This document shows positions 12,504-24,848 of a stretch of DNA of 64,000 bases, in pieces. Source of the stretch: Octopus sinensis (Eukaryota); contig NC_043017.1 in NCBI RefSeq assembly GCF_006345805.1, positions 21,390,001-21,454,000 of the forward strand. The letters run 5' to 3'. Numbering within the stretch: position 1 is the first letter of the stretch; every line of letters starts with the position of its first letter. Both the position numbers and the translations under genes were made by a program. The notes under the pieces are model-generated. The model did no database searches, was not told the DNA's origin, and saw nothing but the letters and a program-made list of their open reading frames with translations.

Positions 12504-12660
12504 AATGATGATGACGATGATGATAATGACGATGATGATGATGATAATGATGATGATAATGATGATGACGATGATGATGATGATGATGATGATGATAATG
12601 ATGATGATGATGATAATGATGATGATAATGATGATTGATGATGATGATGATAATGATGAC

Positions 12661-12690
<30 letters not shown>
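12318..12690. repeat. (GAT)n/(AAT)n trinucleotide microsatellite
   Basis: Directly visible. Confidence 0.95.
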
Positions 12691-12693
<3 letters not shown>

Positions 12694-13007
12694 TATTTGC
12701 CACCAGACACACACAATAGGAGGATTTTTTTAGAGAGAATGGAACGATAAGATGAAATTAATGTTTAATGCGAGTATACAGAGTACACAATGGCTGTGTG
12801 GTAGGAAGGTTGCACCCCAACTGCATGGTTCCGGGTTCAAGTCCTACTTGGTGTAATTAGAACTCAGAACGTAAAGATCAGGAAGAAATGCAGCAAAGTA
12901 TTTTCTCCAACATAATAACAATTCTCCCGGCTTGCTGCTTTCACAATAATGATAATAACAATAATAATAATAATAATAATGATGATGATGATAATAATAA
13001 TAATAAT

Positions 13008-13585
13008 AAATGCTCTGATGCAGTACCAGGCAGTGGGTCTCATGACTTATGATTGGAAGTGTTATCATGTATATTGTTTTGACCTGGTATTAAAAGATGA
13101 CCTACAGCAAATATTCTGCTCAGTACCACAGAGTTGCTTGTCAGTTGCTTGACCTTAACCAGTTGAGAATGCCCCTTGGTGGCTGGCGATATGTGCATCT
13201 CTGATCACGAGCAGAAGTGGTGGGGGAGAATCATAGCCATGTGTTGAGAGGAATTATTTGGGGTTTTGATAATTCACCTTTGGAAACGTGGGTGTTTCAT
13301 TCAACATCCTTAAACAACCCTTATTCAGGGACCTTTTGAGCAGGATGGGTTACTTGACCTGAAGAAAATTCTGACTAGGCCCCACGTACAAGGTCATGCA
13401 TTGTTTATCTTGATAAGAGATCACCTTGTTGAGCACATAAGGTTGCGATGCACATGCCTGGTGTACCCTTATCAGACAGGTAATCATGATGGCTATACTG
13501 GGTTTCGTATATTTTACTCCAGTGTCACTTTGATGACATGCACTGCTCTCTCACTCAATAATAATAATAATAATAATAATAATAA
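13008..13585 (+). mobile_element. Probable retroposon 3' UTR fragment inserted in (AAT)n
   Basis: Complex 550-bp block bounded by AAT tracts and ending CACTCAATAATAAT. Only one copy in the window, family unassigned. Confidence 0.4.
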
Positions 13586-13952
13586 TTTTTTTCAGTAGGT
13601 ACAAGGTTTGAAATTTGGCTCCAGTGTATAACTGGTACTTATGTCACAGACCCCAAAATCTTGTCTGGCATGCTAACGATCCTGTCGTCACCATCTTAAC
13701 AATGATGAGGGCAGTAAGGTGGCAGGGAAAAAGTATAATAATCATGAATGATCATTCAATGGTGAGACTGAATGAATTGCCTGTTAAAGCAATGTGTAAA
13801 CGGCTGAGTATTCCACTGCTACTGGTTTCTTTAATGTGAGATTTTCAGTCTGGATTAGCATGATGCAAAGTATATTGAGGCTGGATCTTCAAATTACAGA
13901 CACAGTTCATGCTATAGGCTTCCTTATAGTTTCTATCACTTCATATGTGTGT

Positions 13953-14078
13953 GTGGAAGCACATAGCTTAGTGGTTAGGGTGTTGCACTCACAATTGCTA
14001 AATCGTGAGTTCGATTCCCAGACTGGGTGTCACATTGTGTTCTTGAGCAAATCTCTTCTTTTCTCATTGCTTCAGTCC
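13953..14078 (+). mobile_element. tRNA-derived SINE family D (CORE-like), 5' part
   Basis: Box A TAGCTTAGTGGT, box B GAGTTCGATTCC, then TGTGTTCTTGAGCAA...CATTGCT. Other copies at 24380-24575(-), 33665-33992(-), 44735-44880(-), 56090-56225(+). Confidence 0.7.
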
Positions 14079-14204
14079 CCCTTTTGATCAACAGGGGCTT
14101 GTGGGCCTGCTCACCAACCCAATGAGGTAGCATCTTTTGAAGGCTAGAACAGTACTAAGTGCATTGTGACCAGGCATGTGTAATGACATCTGATAGTCTG
14201 GTAA

Positions 14205-14547
14205 ATGACCAGTGCCACCTGACTGGCTCCTGTGCCAGTGACATGTAAAAAGCACCATTTGAGTGTGATCATTGCCAGTGCTGCCTGACTCCTGTGCCAG
14301 TGGTAGGTAAAAAGAACCATTCAAGGTTGGTTGATGCCAGTACTGCCTGACTGGCCCTCATGCCAGTGAAATGTGATAAGCATCCACTACACTCTCGGAG
14401 TGGTTGGCGTTAGGAAGGCAATTCAGCTGTAGAAACCTTGCCAGATCAGATTGGAGCCTGGTACAGCCACCTGGCTTGCTAGTCCCCAGTCAAACCGTCC
14501 AACCCATGCCAGCATGGAAAGCAGACAATTCACAACGAGGATGATGA
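14205..14547 (+). mobile_element. RTE 3' UTR fragment with tandem internal repeats
   Basis: Matches 10720-11010. Confidence 0.8.
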
Positions 14548-14855
14548 TTTTTTATACACACACATATATACATATATAAATATAATATATACATATATGT
14601 ATTGTGAATATAAATATAGATACATATATAAAATACATATATATAAATACTTATATATGTGTGAGTGTATTGGTATGTGTATATATTATTGTATACTTAT
14701 ATATCTGTGTGTGTGTGTGTTTGTGTGTGCATGTGTTTTTCTATGTCTATGCATATAAACTTGTACATATTTATATGACATATACACACAATCATATAAA
14801 TATACATGTATGTATAACACACACACACTCACACACACACACTCTCTCTCTCTCT

Positions 14856-14887
<32 letters not shown>

Positions 14888-15466
14888 CAGAAAATCAACA
14901 GATGATTGAAGGAAGCAATTGTTTATGCCACAAGCTAAAATAAAAAAAAAGAATAGTAATAAACAAAACAATAAATATAACAATAATTTAATAAAATAAC
15001 AATAATACAACATGTAATTGAATTTGACATTGCTACATGTATTGGCAATGCTACATGAGTAATAGGATTTTGTAAAATTCTCCTTCTCAATCATTATTGT
15101 GAAACCCCTTAAATATAATAATTCTATCTCTTAATATCCATATTTTGGTCGTTTATTTTTCTTGTGTTTTATATTGCTTTTGTATGGGTTTGTTTATATC
15201 TATGTTACTACTGCTGCTGTTGTTGTTTTTGTTGTTGTTGTTTATATTAATGTATGTACGTTTTTGTTTTTGTGGGGTTTTTTGTTTTTTTTTGTTTTGC
15301 TATTTTTCAACCTGTTTAGTTTACTTACGTTTTGTAATATAATATTATTCTGTGGAAAATTTTACATTACTTTAATGCAATCTGAAATTGGTTTCGCTAC
15401 GACGCCTAAATAAACATGAACGAATAATCTCAAATTCAAAAACCCAAAAATAATAATAATAATAAC

Positions 15467-15505
<39 letters not shown>

Positions 15506-15506
15506 G

Positions 15507-15538
<32 letters not shown>

Positions 15539-16107
15539 GATAATAATAGAAAATAAAAAAACAACAAAAAAAACAGACACTTCATTCTCTCTCACCCGTC
15601 CCCTCCCCTGCAACGTCCCCTCCTCAACCAACTACAGGCAAAAAATAAATAATGGACCACTCCCAATAAATCAACAGCAACTACAGGAGCCCCTACCCCC
15701 ACCAAAGAAGATTTATGAAAAAAACAACAAAAAACATCAAATAATGCTTTGAGCATGTATGCTAAACGTGTGCATCTAAACAGTTTTATCAATAAACAAA
15801 TGCATATTGCTGTTGCACTACCATCCCCCCAACACACATACACACACACACATGCACATACATTTGTATTAATAATACAGCTTCTGATATCAAGACAATT
15901 TAAGACACAGGACCAACAATTGGAAACAAAAATATAGGAATGGTTAGGGAGGAAGTAATTTAAAAAAGCGACAAGAACTAAATAGATATATATATCTATT
16001 ATATAACTAACAAGATTATGAAACAGCTGTAAACAAATGCATAAACATCTACTCTCTCAACCCACTTTGCTCAGACGCATATGTCTGTGTGAATATATAT
16101 ATATATC

Positions 16108-16329
16108 AGAAGGGGTGCTGAAAAGTTACTGGCATTGGGTAAAAGAAAATACTGGAGGATCAATTAATTATGATTTTATTGAACATATTCATTCCCCTCT
16201 CAGATTTACACACTTATTGCAGTGGTCCTTCAGTTTTTTTAAGTCTGATAAAAGAACTTAGAAGGTCGAGCCTCCAACGAGGTTTTTCATGATACCCTTA
16301 AGGCCAGAGATTTTTCAACAACCTTTGTA
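16108..16329. mobile_element. mariner-like MITE
   Basis: Imperfect TIRs AGGGGTGCTGAAAAGTTACTGGC / GCCAGAGATTTTTCAACAACCT. Confidence 0.55.
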
Positions 16330-16491
16330 TAAAGCACTTATAAAACAAAGAGAAGACAAATATAATACAAGATATAACAACAAATATGTACCTGAGTAAA
16401 ACAGATTACAGGTGACTGGTTGGCAATAACATTGAAGTGTACTTTTACTCTCAAGTACTTTTACTTTCATTTTATTTTTTGGGTGTACACC

Positions 16492-16524
<33 letters not shown>

Positions 16525-16569
16525 TGTGGTGGTAGCATTATTATTATTATTATTTTATTATTATTATTA

Positions 16570-16939
16570 TTATCTCTGCCTTAGCAAAGGCAGAAGTATT
16601 GTTTCCAGTCAATTTAATTTGCTTGTTTGTCCGTGGACAAGATTTCCCAAGAACCGCTGGATGGATTCAGATGAAACTTTCAGGGATGTTTGGCCTTGTG
16701 ACTGGCACAAACTGATTAGATTTTGGAATCAATCCGGTACCGGACAAGGATTCTGGATTATTTTTCTGTTTTTTTTACTTAACTTTTGAGAGTGCTGAGT
16801 TTCATTTTTAGCATTTTCATTTGTGAGAGCAGTTGAGTTCATTTCAGATATTCTCATTTTAAAAATTATCCCTGACTAATCGTTGAGAGAACGTTGGTAT
16901 TGCATTCATGGAGGTTTGCACTCTCTGAGTGCTCTTGTT
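16570..16939 (+). mobile_element. Non-autonomous Helentron-like (HINE/DINE-type) element
   Basis: 5' stem-loop CTGCCTT-AGCA-AAGGCAG, a GTTT-type short repeat, and a 3' hairpin GCACTC-TCT-GAGTGC before CTTGTT. A second copy is at 58755-59228. Confidence 0.6.
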
Positions 16940-16964
16940 ATTATTACTATTGCTATGCTTTGAA

Positions 16965-17297
16965 TTCAAATTCCGCTGGTATGGGTTAGACAGTTTGACT
17001 GGAACTGGTAAACCAGAGAGCTGCACCAGGCTCCAGTCTGATTTGGCTTGGTTTCTATGGTTGGATGCCCTTCCTAGCACCAACTACTCCAAGGGTGTAA
17101 TGGGTGCTTTTACGTGCCACCAGCATGGGTGCCAGTTACATGACACTGACATCGGCCATGATTTCACTTGGCTTGACGGGTCTTCTCAAGCACAGCATAT
17201 CACCAAAGGTCTCAGTCACTTGTCATTGCCTTCAAGAGGCCCAACGTTGGAGATCATGCTTCACCACCTCGTCTTCCTGGGTCTGCCTCTTCCTCAG
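16965..17297 (-). mobile_element. RTE LINE 3' end fragment
   Basis: Reverse strand shows a GRGRPRKT...VVKHDL-type end plus the family UTR. Confidence 0.8.
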
Positions 17298-17301
17298 TTA
17301 T

Positions 17302-17713
17302 TTACTCTCTTTTACTCTTTTACTTGTTTCAGTCATTTGACTGCGGCCATGCTGGAGCACCACCTTTAGTCGAGCAACTCGACCCCGGGACTTATTCTTT
17401 GTAAGCCCAGTACTTATTCTATCGGTCTCTTTTGCCGAACCGCTAAGTAACGGGGATGTAAACACACCAGCATCAGTTGTCAAGCAATGCTAGAGAGACA
17501 AACACAGACACACAAACATACACGCACATATCTATATATATACATATATACGACGGGCTTCTTTCAGTTTCCGTCTACCAAATCCACTCACAAGGCTTTG
17601 GTCGGCCTGAGGCTATAGTAGGAGACACTTGCCCAAGGTGCCACGCAGTGGGACTGAACCCGGAACCATGTGGTTGGTAGGCAAACTACTTACCACACAG
17701 CCACTCCTGCGCC
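17302..17713 (-). mobile_element. SINE A, full length
   Basis: Head GGCGCAGGAGTGGCTGTGTGGTAAG...GGTTCAGTCCC, CCTTGGGCAAGT CORE-like start, internal TA/TG tract, (GTAAAAGA)n tail. Confidence 0.9.
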
Positions 17714-17719
17714 TATTTA

Positions 17720-18138
17720 TTCACATTATTTTCAATTAATCATGCATTATCTCATAGCTTTAAGACTTTGATGATGAAATTGTTAATTTTTAGAATGACA
17801 TTGTATGTTAGGTGTGAAAGCCTGGATCTGGAATGTTTGAACATAAAAACAGGTAGAATATATTCTTTTCTACTCTAGGCAAAAGGTCCAAAATTTTGGA
17901 GGAGGAGTCCAGTCGATTAGATCGACCCCAGTATGCAACTGATAATTAATGTATCGGCCTTGAAAGTTTGAAAGGCAAAGTCAACCTTGGCAGAATTTGA
18001 ACTCAGAACATAAAGACAGACGAAATACCGCTCAGCATTTCGCCCGGCATGCTAACATTTCTGCCAGCTTCAGAAGACTTGTGAAGCCAGGTAGAATATA
18101 TTGGTTGGATTTAGCTGGTTTAAATACTAAAGAGTTAA
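17720..18138. mobile_element. piggyBac-like MITE interrupted by SINE B (17865-18070, minus)
   Basis: Similar to 40755-40973. Ends AATACTAAAGAG-TTAA. GGTAGAATATATT is duplicated around the inserted SINE. Confidence 0.65.
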
Positions 18139-18566
18139 TGACCCACCCAGGAAAAAATTTAAATAACAAACACTAGTAAATGTTTAGGGTTAAAACAGAA
18201 GCCGTCTCAGATGGCTTGGCATTAAAATGGTTAACAATATTATAATCCATGTTCTCTTCCTGTCAGGGCCTGCTCAATTAATTCTCTAAAATAAGACTCA
18301 CAGAATGCATTGTAAACACAAGTATTTTTCCAGCTGAATGCTATTTCTAAAATTGTCCACTCAACAGCAAAGTGCCAGTTATTATATTCCCGATTGTCAG
18401 GAGGGCTTTCTAACAATAGATTCCCTGGAAGCGATTATTGCAAGAACCGCATGTCATGTTACTATGTTTGGTGGCACTACTTACACCACTGCGGATTTGG
18501 AATTATTTCTTCCTCAGACACAAATATCTTTTTGAAGAATTCCATCTCATATTGCATTTATTCATT

Positions 18567-18572
18567 TATATG

Positions 18573-18609
<37 letters not shown>

Positions 18610-18914
18610 ATGTGTGTGTGTGTATGTATGTATATATGTGTATATATATGTGTGTATATATATATGTGCATACATGTATATATATGTATGTGTATATATA
18701 TGTATATATATATATGTAAATATATATATATGTACATATATATATATGTATGTATATACATGTGTATATATATGTATATGTAAATATATATATGTACATA
18801 TATATATATGTATGTATATACATGTGTATATATATGTATATGTAAATATATATATATGTACATATATATATATGTATGTATATACATGTGTATATATATA
18901 TATGTATATATATG

Positions 18915-18945
<31 letters not shown>

Positions 18946-18992
18946 TTATATATGTATATGCATGTATATATATATATATGTATATATAAATG

Positions 18993-19023
<31 letters not shown>

Positions 19024-19056
19024 ATATATATATATGTATGTATATATATATGTATA
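18567..19056. repeat. Compound (TA)/(TG) microsatellite with about 60-bp higher-order repeats
   Basis: Directly visible. Confidence 0.9.
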
Positions 19057-19882
19057 AATAGATTCTCTTTGGTTGTTCCTCGATATAAAACAATGTAACA
19101 AATGACCAAAATTAAAACATATATTTTCGGTGCCATGTCCACAAAATTTTATTACTTCCAACTAAATCTGTGTGAAATGAATTTGTTGTTTTTCTTTTTT
19201 CCTTTTCTTTTTCTTTTTTTTTTTTGTTTTGAGTGGGTACCAAATCACAAAGACCCACTGAAGACACGATGGCTGTGAGGTTATGAAGCAAGAACTACTT
19301 ATTGCATGTTGTTTAATAAAGAATCTATTATATTGGTTCTTATTGAATAACTACTCAAGAAAAACAGAGCGAAATAAAATTGCAAATAAATTCATCCTAT
19401 GGGGGCACAGTACCAAAGTAGCACAGATTCTGGAGAGAGGTTATATTCGATTCTATTGACTCCAGTTCTTTGCTGCTACTTTTATTGATGCCAGGAGAAA
19501 AGTTGAAGTAATGGCCATGCCTGCACCTATGTGGCTGTGTGGCAAGAATCTTCCTTCCCAACCACATGGTCTAGGATTCAGTCCTACTGTATGACACTTT
19601 GGGTGTCTTCTACTAGAGCGTTGGGCTGACCAAAACTTTGTGAGTGGATGTGGTAGATGGAAACTGAAAGAAGCTTGTATATGTTTTTACACACACACAC
19701 ACACACATATATACATACATATATGTGTGTGTGCACCTTTGCATCTGTCTTTGTCCCCTATTCCTGCTTGACAACTGATGTTGGAACAGCTTGCTCGTTA
19801 ATTTCACGAGCAAGCTGTTCCATACATCATATCAGCTGGGACCCTCATCGATGTAACCAATGGAATGCTCCTATTTTATATT

Positions 19883-20005
19883 ACTAGGTTGAGGAAAAAG
19901 TTCATGTGCCATGTTAAAATAATGAACTGAATGAACCACACACCACAAAAATATATAAAAAGACATTATTTTAATACGGCGCACCAAATTTCTCCCCAAC
20001 CTAAT
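19883..20005. mobile_element. Short mariner-like MITE
   Basis: TAGGTTGAGGAAAAAGTT / AATTTCTCCCCAACCTA inverted termini. Confidence 0.55.
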
Positions 20006-20212
20006 TTTTATATGTCATGAGTTTAAATTCTACCACAGTCGACTTTACCTCTTATCCTTTTGGGGTCAATGAAATAAATACTAATCAGATACTGGGATTG
20101 ATCTAATTAACTGACCCTGTCTATCCAAATTTCAGGCCTTGTCCCTATAAGAGAAAGGATCATTACAATTATCACTGACGATGTATTGTTTAAAATGAGG
20201 ATACTTTTTTTT

Positions 20213-20610
20213 TTTACTCTTTTTGACTTGTTTCAGTCATTTGACTGTGGCCATGCTGGAGCACTGCCTTTAGTCGAGCAAATCGACCCCAGAACTTATT
20301 CTTTGTAAGCCTAGTACTTATTCTATCGGTCTCTTTTGCTGAACACCTAAGTTACGGTGATGTAAACACACCAGCATCGGTTGTCAAGCGATGTTGGGGG
20401 GACAAACACAGACACACAAACATATACACACACATATATATATACATATATACGACGGGCTTCTTTCAGTTTCTGCTTACCAAATCCACTCACAAAGCTT
20501 TAGTCAACCCGAGGCTATAGTAGAAGACACTTGCCCAAGGTACCACACAGTGGGACTGAACCCAGAACCACGTGGTTGGTAAGCAAGCTACTTACCACAC
20601 AGCCACTCCT
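20213..20610 (-). mobile_element. SINE A, near full length
   Basis: Colinear with 17302-17713. Confidence 0.9.
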
Positions 20611-21572
20611 ACATCTATACTTTTCCATACTTGCCCTAGTCAGATGAGTCTTTACCAGGGCAGAATTTTCTGTAGCTGGATGCCTTTCTTGTGACAAACC
20701 CATGTTTCTTTCCAAACAAAGTAACAACTCCCCACAGATGGGACAGATTTTTTATGGAGATGTAGCCAAGGAAATAATACCATTTGTATGAACGGGTGAG
20801 ATTTGAACTTACTTTGTAAAGACTCAGAAGAAATACCACAGTGTGATTTTATAGGTGCTTTGAACAACTCCGCTACTTAATGCTCATGAGGAGGAGGGGG
20901 AGGGGGAGGAGGAGATGACAACGGCAGTATTATTATTATCATTATTATTATTATGACATCGTCATCATCGTCATAATAATAATGATAATAATAATGATAA
21001 TAATAATAATAATAATGATGATGATGATAATAATAATACTGGTTGTGGGGAAGAAAGAACAATTTGAAATGCCAAATGACTTGTGAAAGCTACATATACA
21101 TTTAAATGATATTCATGAGTGCTTTATGGATCAGTGAATAACAAATATGTAAGTTGAATTCTAAGTATTAGGATTTGAAATTGTGCTTGAATCTGAAATG
21201 AAGCAGTTTAATAGAAAATGTCAGTTTTTAAATAATGCATTTGTTTGCTCAAGAAATTTTTGAAGATGTCTTCTGCCCGCCTACATCTTTTTAATTATTT
21301 GGTAATATTATGACTTATTTATCAAATCTATAAATTATTTTGTTGAGGAGAAGGTTCGAGGAATTGTTCTGCTGTGTCTTGTATCTTTTACTTGTTTCAG
21401 TCCTTAGATTGTGGTCATGCTGGAGCACTGCCTGGAAGGGTTTCGTCAAACAATTTGACCCCAAGACTTATTCCATTTTTTAAGTCTGCTATGAAGCAGT
21501 AAGCTGGCAGAACTGTTTGCATTTCAAGCAGAATGCTTAGTTAGAAAATTACCATTTTTAAATCTCTAGTCG

Positions 21573-21633
21573 AACAATTATTCTGTGCTGATGAAGGGAA
21601 ATAACCTGGAAATCATGATACACAGATATTGTT
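21573..21633 (+). ncRNA. Type I hammerhead ribozyme motif, copy 1
   Basis: Stem I TCTGTG/CACAGA extended by AACAAT/ATTGTT. CTGATGA at 21588-21594, stem II AGG-GAAATAA-CCT, GAAA, palindromic stem III ATCATGAT. AUA cleavage is predicted after 21620. Confidence 0.8.
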
Positions 21634-21883
21634 TTGAAGGACACAGATCGTGTTGTATAGCCAGCTGGAGACGATGTTTCCAGGGACTAAATTACAGTAA
21701 CATTCATCCTAAACCAGGACTGCCATGTTATGTTGGCAAACAATCTTTACTCCAAAGTACTTTTGATGAATATCTCTCGTTGTGAGATTTAAAAATAGTA
21801 ATTTTCTAATATAAATCAGTGACTAGTTGTCACTTTGAAAAGTATATATTTCCAACGGGAATCGGCAGTGCCGCCTCTAGATG

Positions 21884-21944
21884 AACAATTATTCTGAGCT
21901 GATGAAGGGAAATAACCTGGAAATCATGATACGCAGATATTGTT
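21884..21944 (+). ncRNA. Type I hammerhead ribozyme motif, copy 2
   Basis: Same core (CTGATGA at 21899-21905). Stem I TCTGAG/CGCAGA has one mismatch. Cleavage is predicted after 21931. Confidence 0.75.
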
Positions 21945-22152
21945 TTGAGCTGAATGGTGGGGGATTAAATTCCCCTGTCATATAGATCGTGTCATATAGC
22001 CAGCTGGAGACAATGTCTCCTGGGGCTAAATTACAGCAACATTCGTCCTAAACCAGGACCACCATGTTATGTTGGAAAAAAATCTTTACTCCAGAATGCT
22101 TAGTGGCAAACAACTTCAACTGGCCATTGAAGACATAATAATAATAATAATA

Positions 22153-22199
<47 letters not shown>

Positions 22200-22924
22200 A
22201 ATAATAATAATAATAATTTTGTATTTCGGCACAAGGCCTGCAATTTTAAGGAGAAGGGGATGGTTTATCTGTTCATTTTCAAAGTGAGTGAAGTTTATTT
22301 ATATACAATTAATATATAACAATTATGAATCCCAGTTTTTAATTAAGAAAAAATTTTTTAAAATTTAATAAATCAAACTATGAGATAATGCTTGATTAAT
22401 TCAAAATAATGTGGATAAAAAGGCATTACATTTGAGAGAATAATCTGAAATGCTAAAGGGTTGAAGCATGTAATAAGGGCCCAACTTCTCATATAGGACT
22501 TGAGGTGATTTCTTTTTGAGAGACATGTTTATGGAAAAAACAAAAATCAATCTTGTATCTTCAAATGCAACTTTTATCCGAAATAAATCTGATCAAGCAA
22601 AGCCTTGATTCAAACACAATGGAAGCTACTTTTGTGTTTTTATTTCTGAATTATATCCAGACATTGATAACTGCTGAAGTAATTTATTGATCTTCATCTT
22701 AATTGATTAGGTAAAGGATCAATGCTAAGATTTTTACTTTTTTTTTATTACAAATAAATCTCAGAGCTGGTTGTAGATTGGAGATTCAGAATTAATCTAT
22801 TATCATTATCCTTATTATTTCTTCTTCTACCACTACTACTACTACTATTATTACTACTACTACTACTATTATACTACTACTACTACTACTACTACTATTA
22901 TTATTATCATTATCAATATCAAAT

Positions 22925-23113
22925 AAGGCGGTGAACTGGTAGAATCATTAGTGCATGCTGGATGAAATGCTTAGTGGTATTTCGCCCGTCACTCAGTTCT
23001 GAGTTCAAAATCCGCCAAGGTTGACTTTGCATTTCATCCTTGTGCATACTGGGATCGATCTAATCGACTGGACCTCTCCCCAATATTTCAGGCCTTGTGC
23101 CTACAGTAGAAAG

Positions 23114-23148
<35 letters not shown>

Positions 23149-23592
23149 GTTGGTGAGCTGGCAGAATTGTTAATACACCAAGCAATATGCTTAGTGGCAT
23201 TTCATTCGGCTTCACGTTACAAGTTCAAATTTTGCCGAGGTCGACTTTGCCTTACATCCTTTTGGGGTCAATAAATTAAGCACAAATTGTGTACTGGGGT
23301 CGATCTAATCGACAGGCCCCTCCCTCAAAATTTCAGGCCCTGTTACTAGAGTAGAAAAGAATATATTATTGTTTCAATGCAGCAAGCTGGCTGAAATGTC
23401 AGCATGCCGGGCGAAATGCTTAGCGGCATTTCATCTGTCTTTACATTCTGAGTTCAAATTCCACCAAGGCTGACTTTGCCTTTCATCCTTTCAGGATCAA
23501 TAAATTAAATACCAGTTGTGTACTGGGGTTGGTCTAATCGACTGGCCTCCTCCCCAAAATATTTTTGGCCTTGGGCCTAGAGTAGAAAAGAT
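22925..23592 (+). mobile_element. Three head-to-tail SINE B copies
   Basis: Copies at about 22925-23115, 23148-23360 and 23378-23592, separated by (TTA)n. Confidence 0.85.
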
Positions 23593-24607
23593 TACTCCCT
23601 TAGATATCTACATGATTTCAAAAAGCCATCAAGTGCTCAGAGACCTTCTGATGATTTTCCCAATTGGTAAGATAAGAACTATTTGTGCCCTGGTGGTGCA
23701 GGGAGCAAGGTCTATGTAATCAACTTATTCTCTCCTGCTAAAATTGCTGGCCTTGTGCCCAAATTGGAGACCATTATTTTTATCATTGATAATTTTATTA
23801 TTATTCTGCTGTGGTCAACTTTGCCTTTCAACCTTTTTGGGTCAAGAAAAGAAGTCCCGGTGAAGAGCAGGAGTTGAGGTCATTGACTAACACCCTCTAC
23901 CCTGAAAATGCGGACACTATGTCAAGATTTGAAACAATCATTGCTGAGTTAGATTTTTCCACAACTCAGATCTGAGAACTTTGGTCATTACTGTTGACTT
24001 GAAACTTCAAGCCATTCTTGATTGAACTGACTTATGACTAAAAAACATTCCAGTCACGACCAACACTAAAGCCTAAAAAATAAGGAGTCAACTGAAACAT
24101 CAGTCCATAATTAAGAAGCTCAAAAGCAGGCCTGTAATTCCCTAAAAAAAATATCAAAAAAAGGAGAAAGAGAGAGAGCCTCTCTCTAAAATGAGAAATA
24201 TAAACCTCATGGCCGCTTTGAGTTCTGAGAGGATTCCAGACCATCCCCGCCTCTTAGCTGTGTTGGTCAACATTATCTGACTTGTTTTGTTCATGTATAT
24301 GAAAGATAACTGCTGGACATTACTGTCAGGGGTTTTAGAACTCCTTGAGCCAGTTACCTCGTTACCATGGTGAATAAGTGACTGCAATCACAGCATTCTT
24401 CCTGAATGAGATGCCAGTCTCTCACAAAGTGACCCATTTACAGCTGTGCAGACTGGAACAACATGATGTGGAATATTTGAACTCAAAAATACAATGCACT
24501 GCCCAGTCCAGGAATCGAAACCCCGATCTTTTTATCATCAGAGCAACATCTCAGTCACTAGGACATTCACCTTCACTCTTATATAAAGCCTAAAGGTATA
24601 TTTTGAG

Positions 24608-24848
24608 AGGCGGCGAGCTGGCTGAAACGTTAGCGTACCAGGCGAAATGCTTAGCAGTATTTTGTTTGTCACTATGTTCTGAGTTCAAATTCCGCCGAGA
24701 TCGACTTTGCCTTTCATCCTTTCGGGGGCGATAAATAAAAAGTACCAGTTATGCACTGGGGTCGATATAATCGACTTAATCTGTTTGTCTGTCCTTGTTT
24801 GTCCTCTCTGTGTTTAGCCCCTTGTGGGTAGTAAAGAAATAGGTATAT
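24608..24848 (+). mobile_element. SINE B, well preserved
   Basis: GGCGGCGAGCTGGCTGAAACGTTAGC head and box B. Flanked by a direct repeat AGGTATATTTTGAGAGG (likely TSD). Confidence 0.9.

Larger units (their letters stand above)
21542..22091 (+). mobile_element. Hammerhead-bearing tandem insertion (non-LTR retrozyme or Penelope-like derived)
   Basis: 13-bp TSD CAGAATGCTTAGT (21529-21541, 22092-22104) inside a SINE B head. Direct repeats start at 21564 and 21875. Two HHRs and a 5' inverted piece of about 25 bp are present. Confidence 0.8.

Noticed and set aside
18338-18560. Unique-sequence ORF and a minus-strand GTAAGT donor
   Set aside because: No recognisable protein similarity or matching acceptor. 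It cannot be supported without RNA data.
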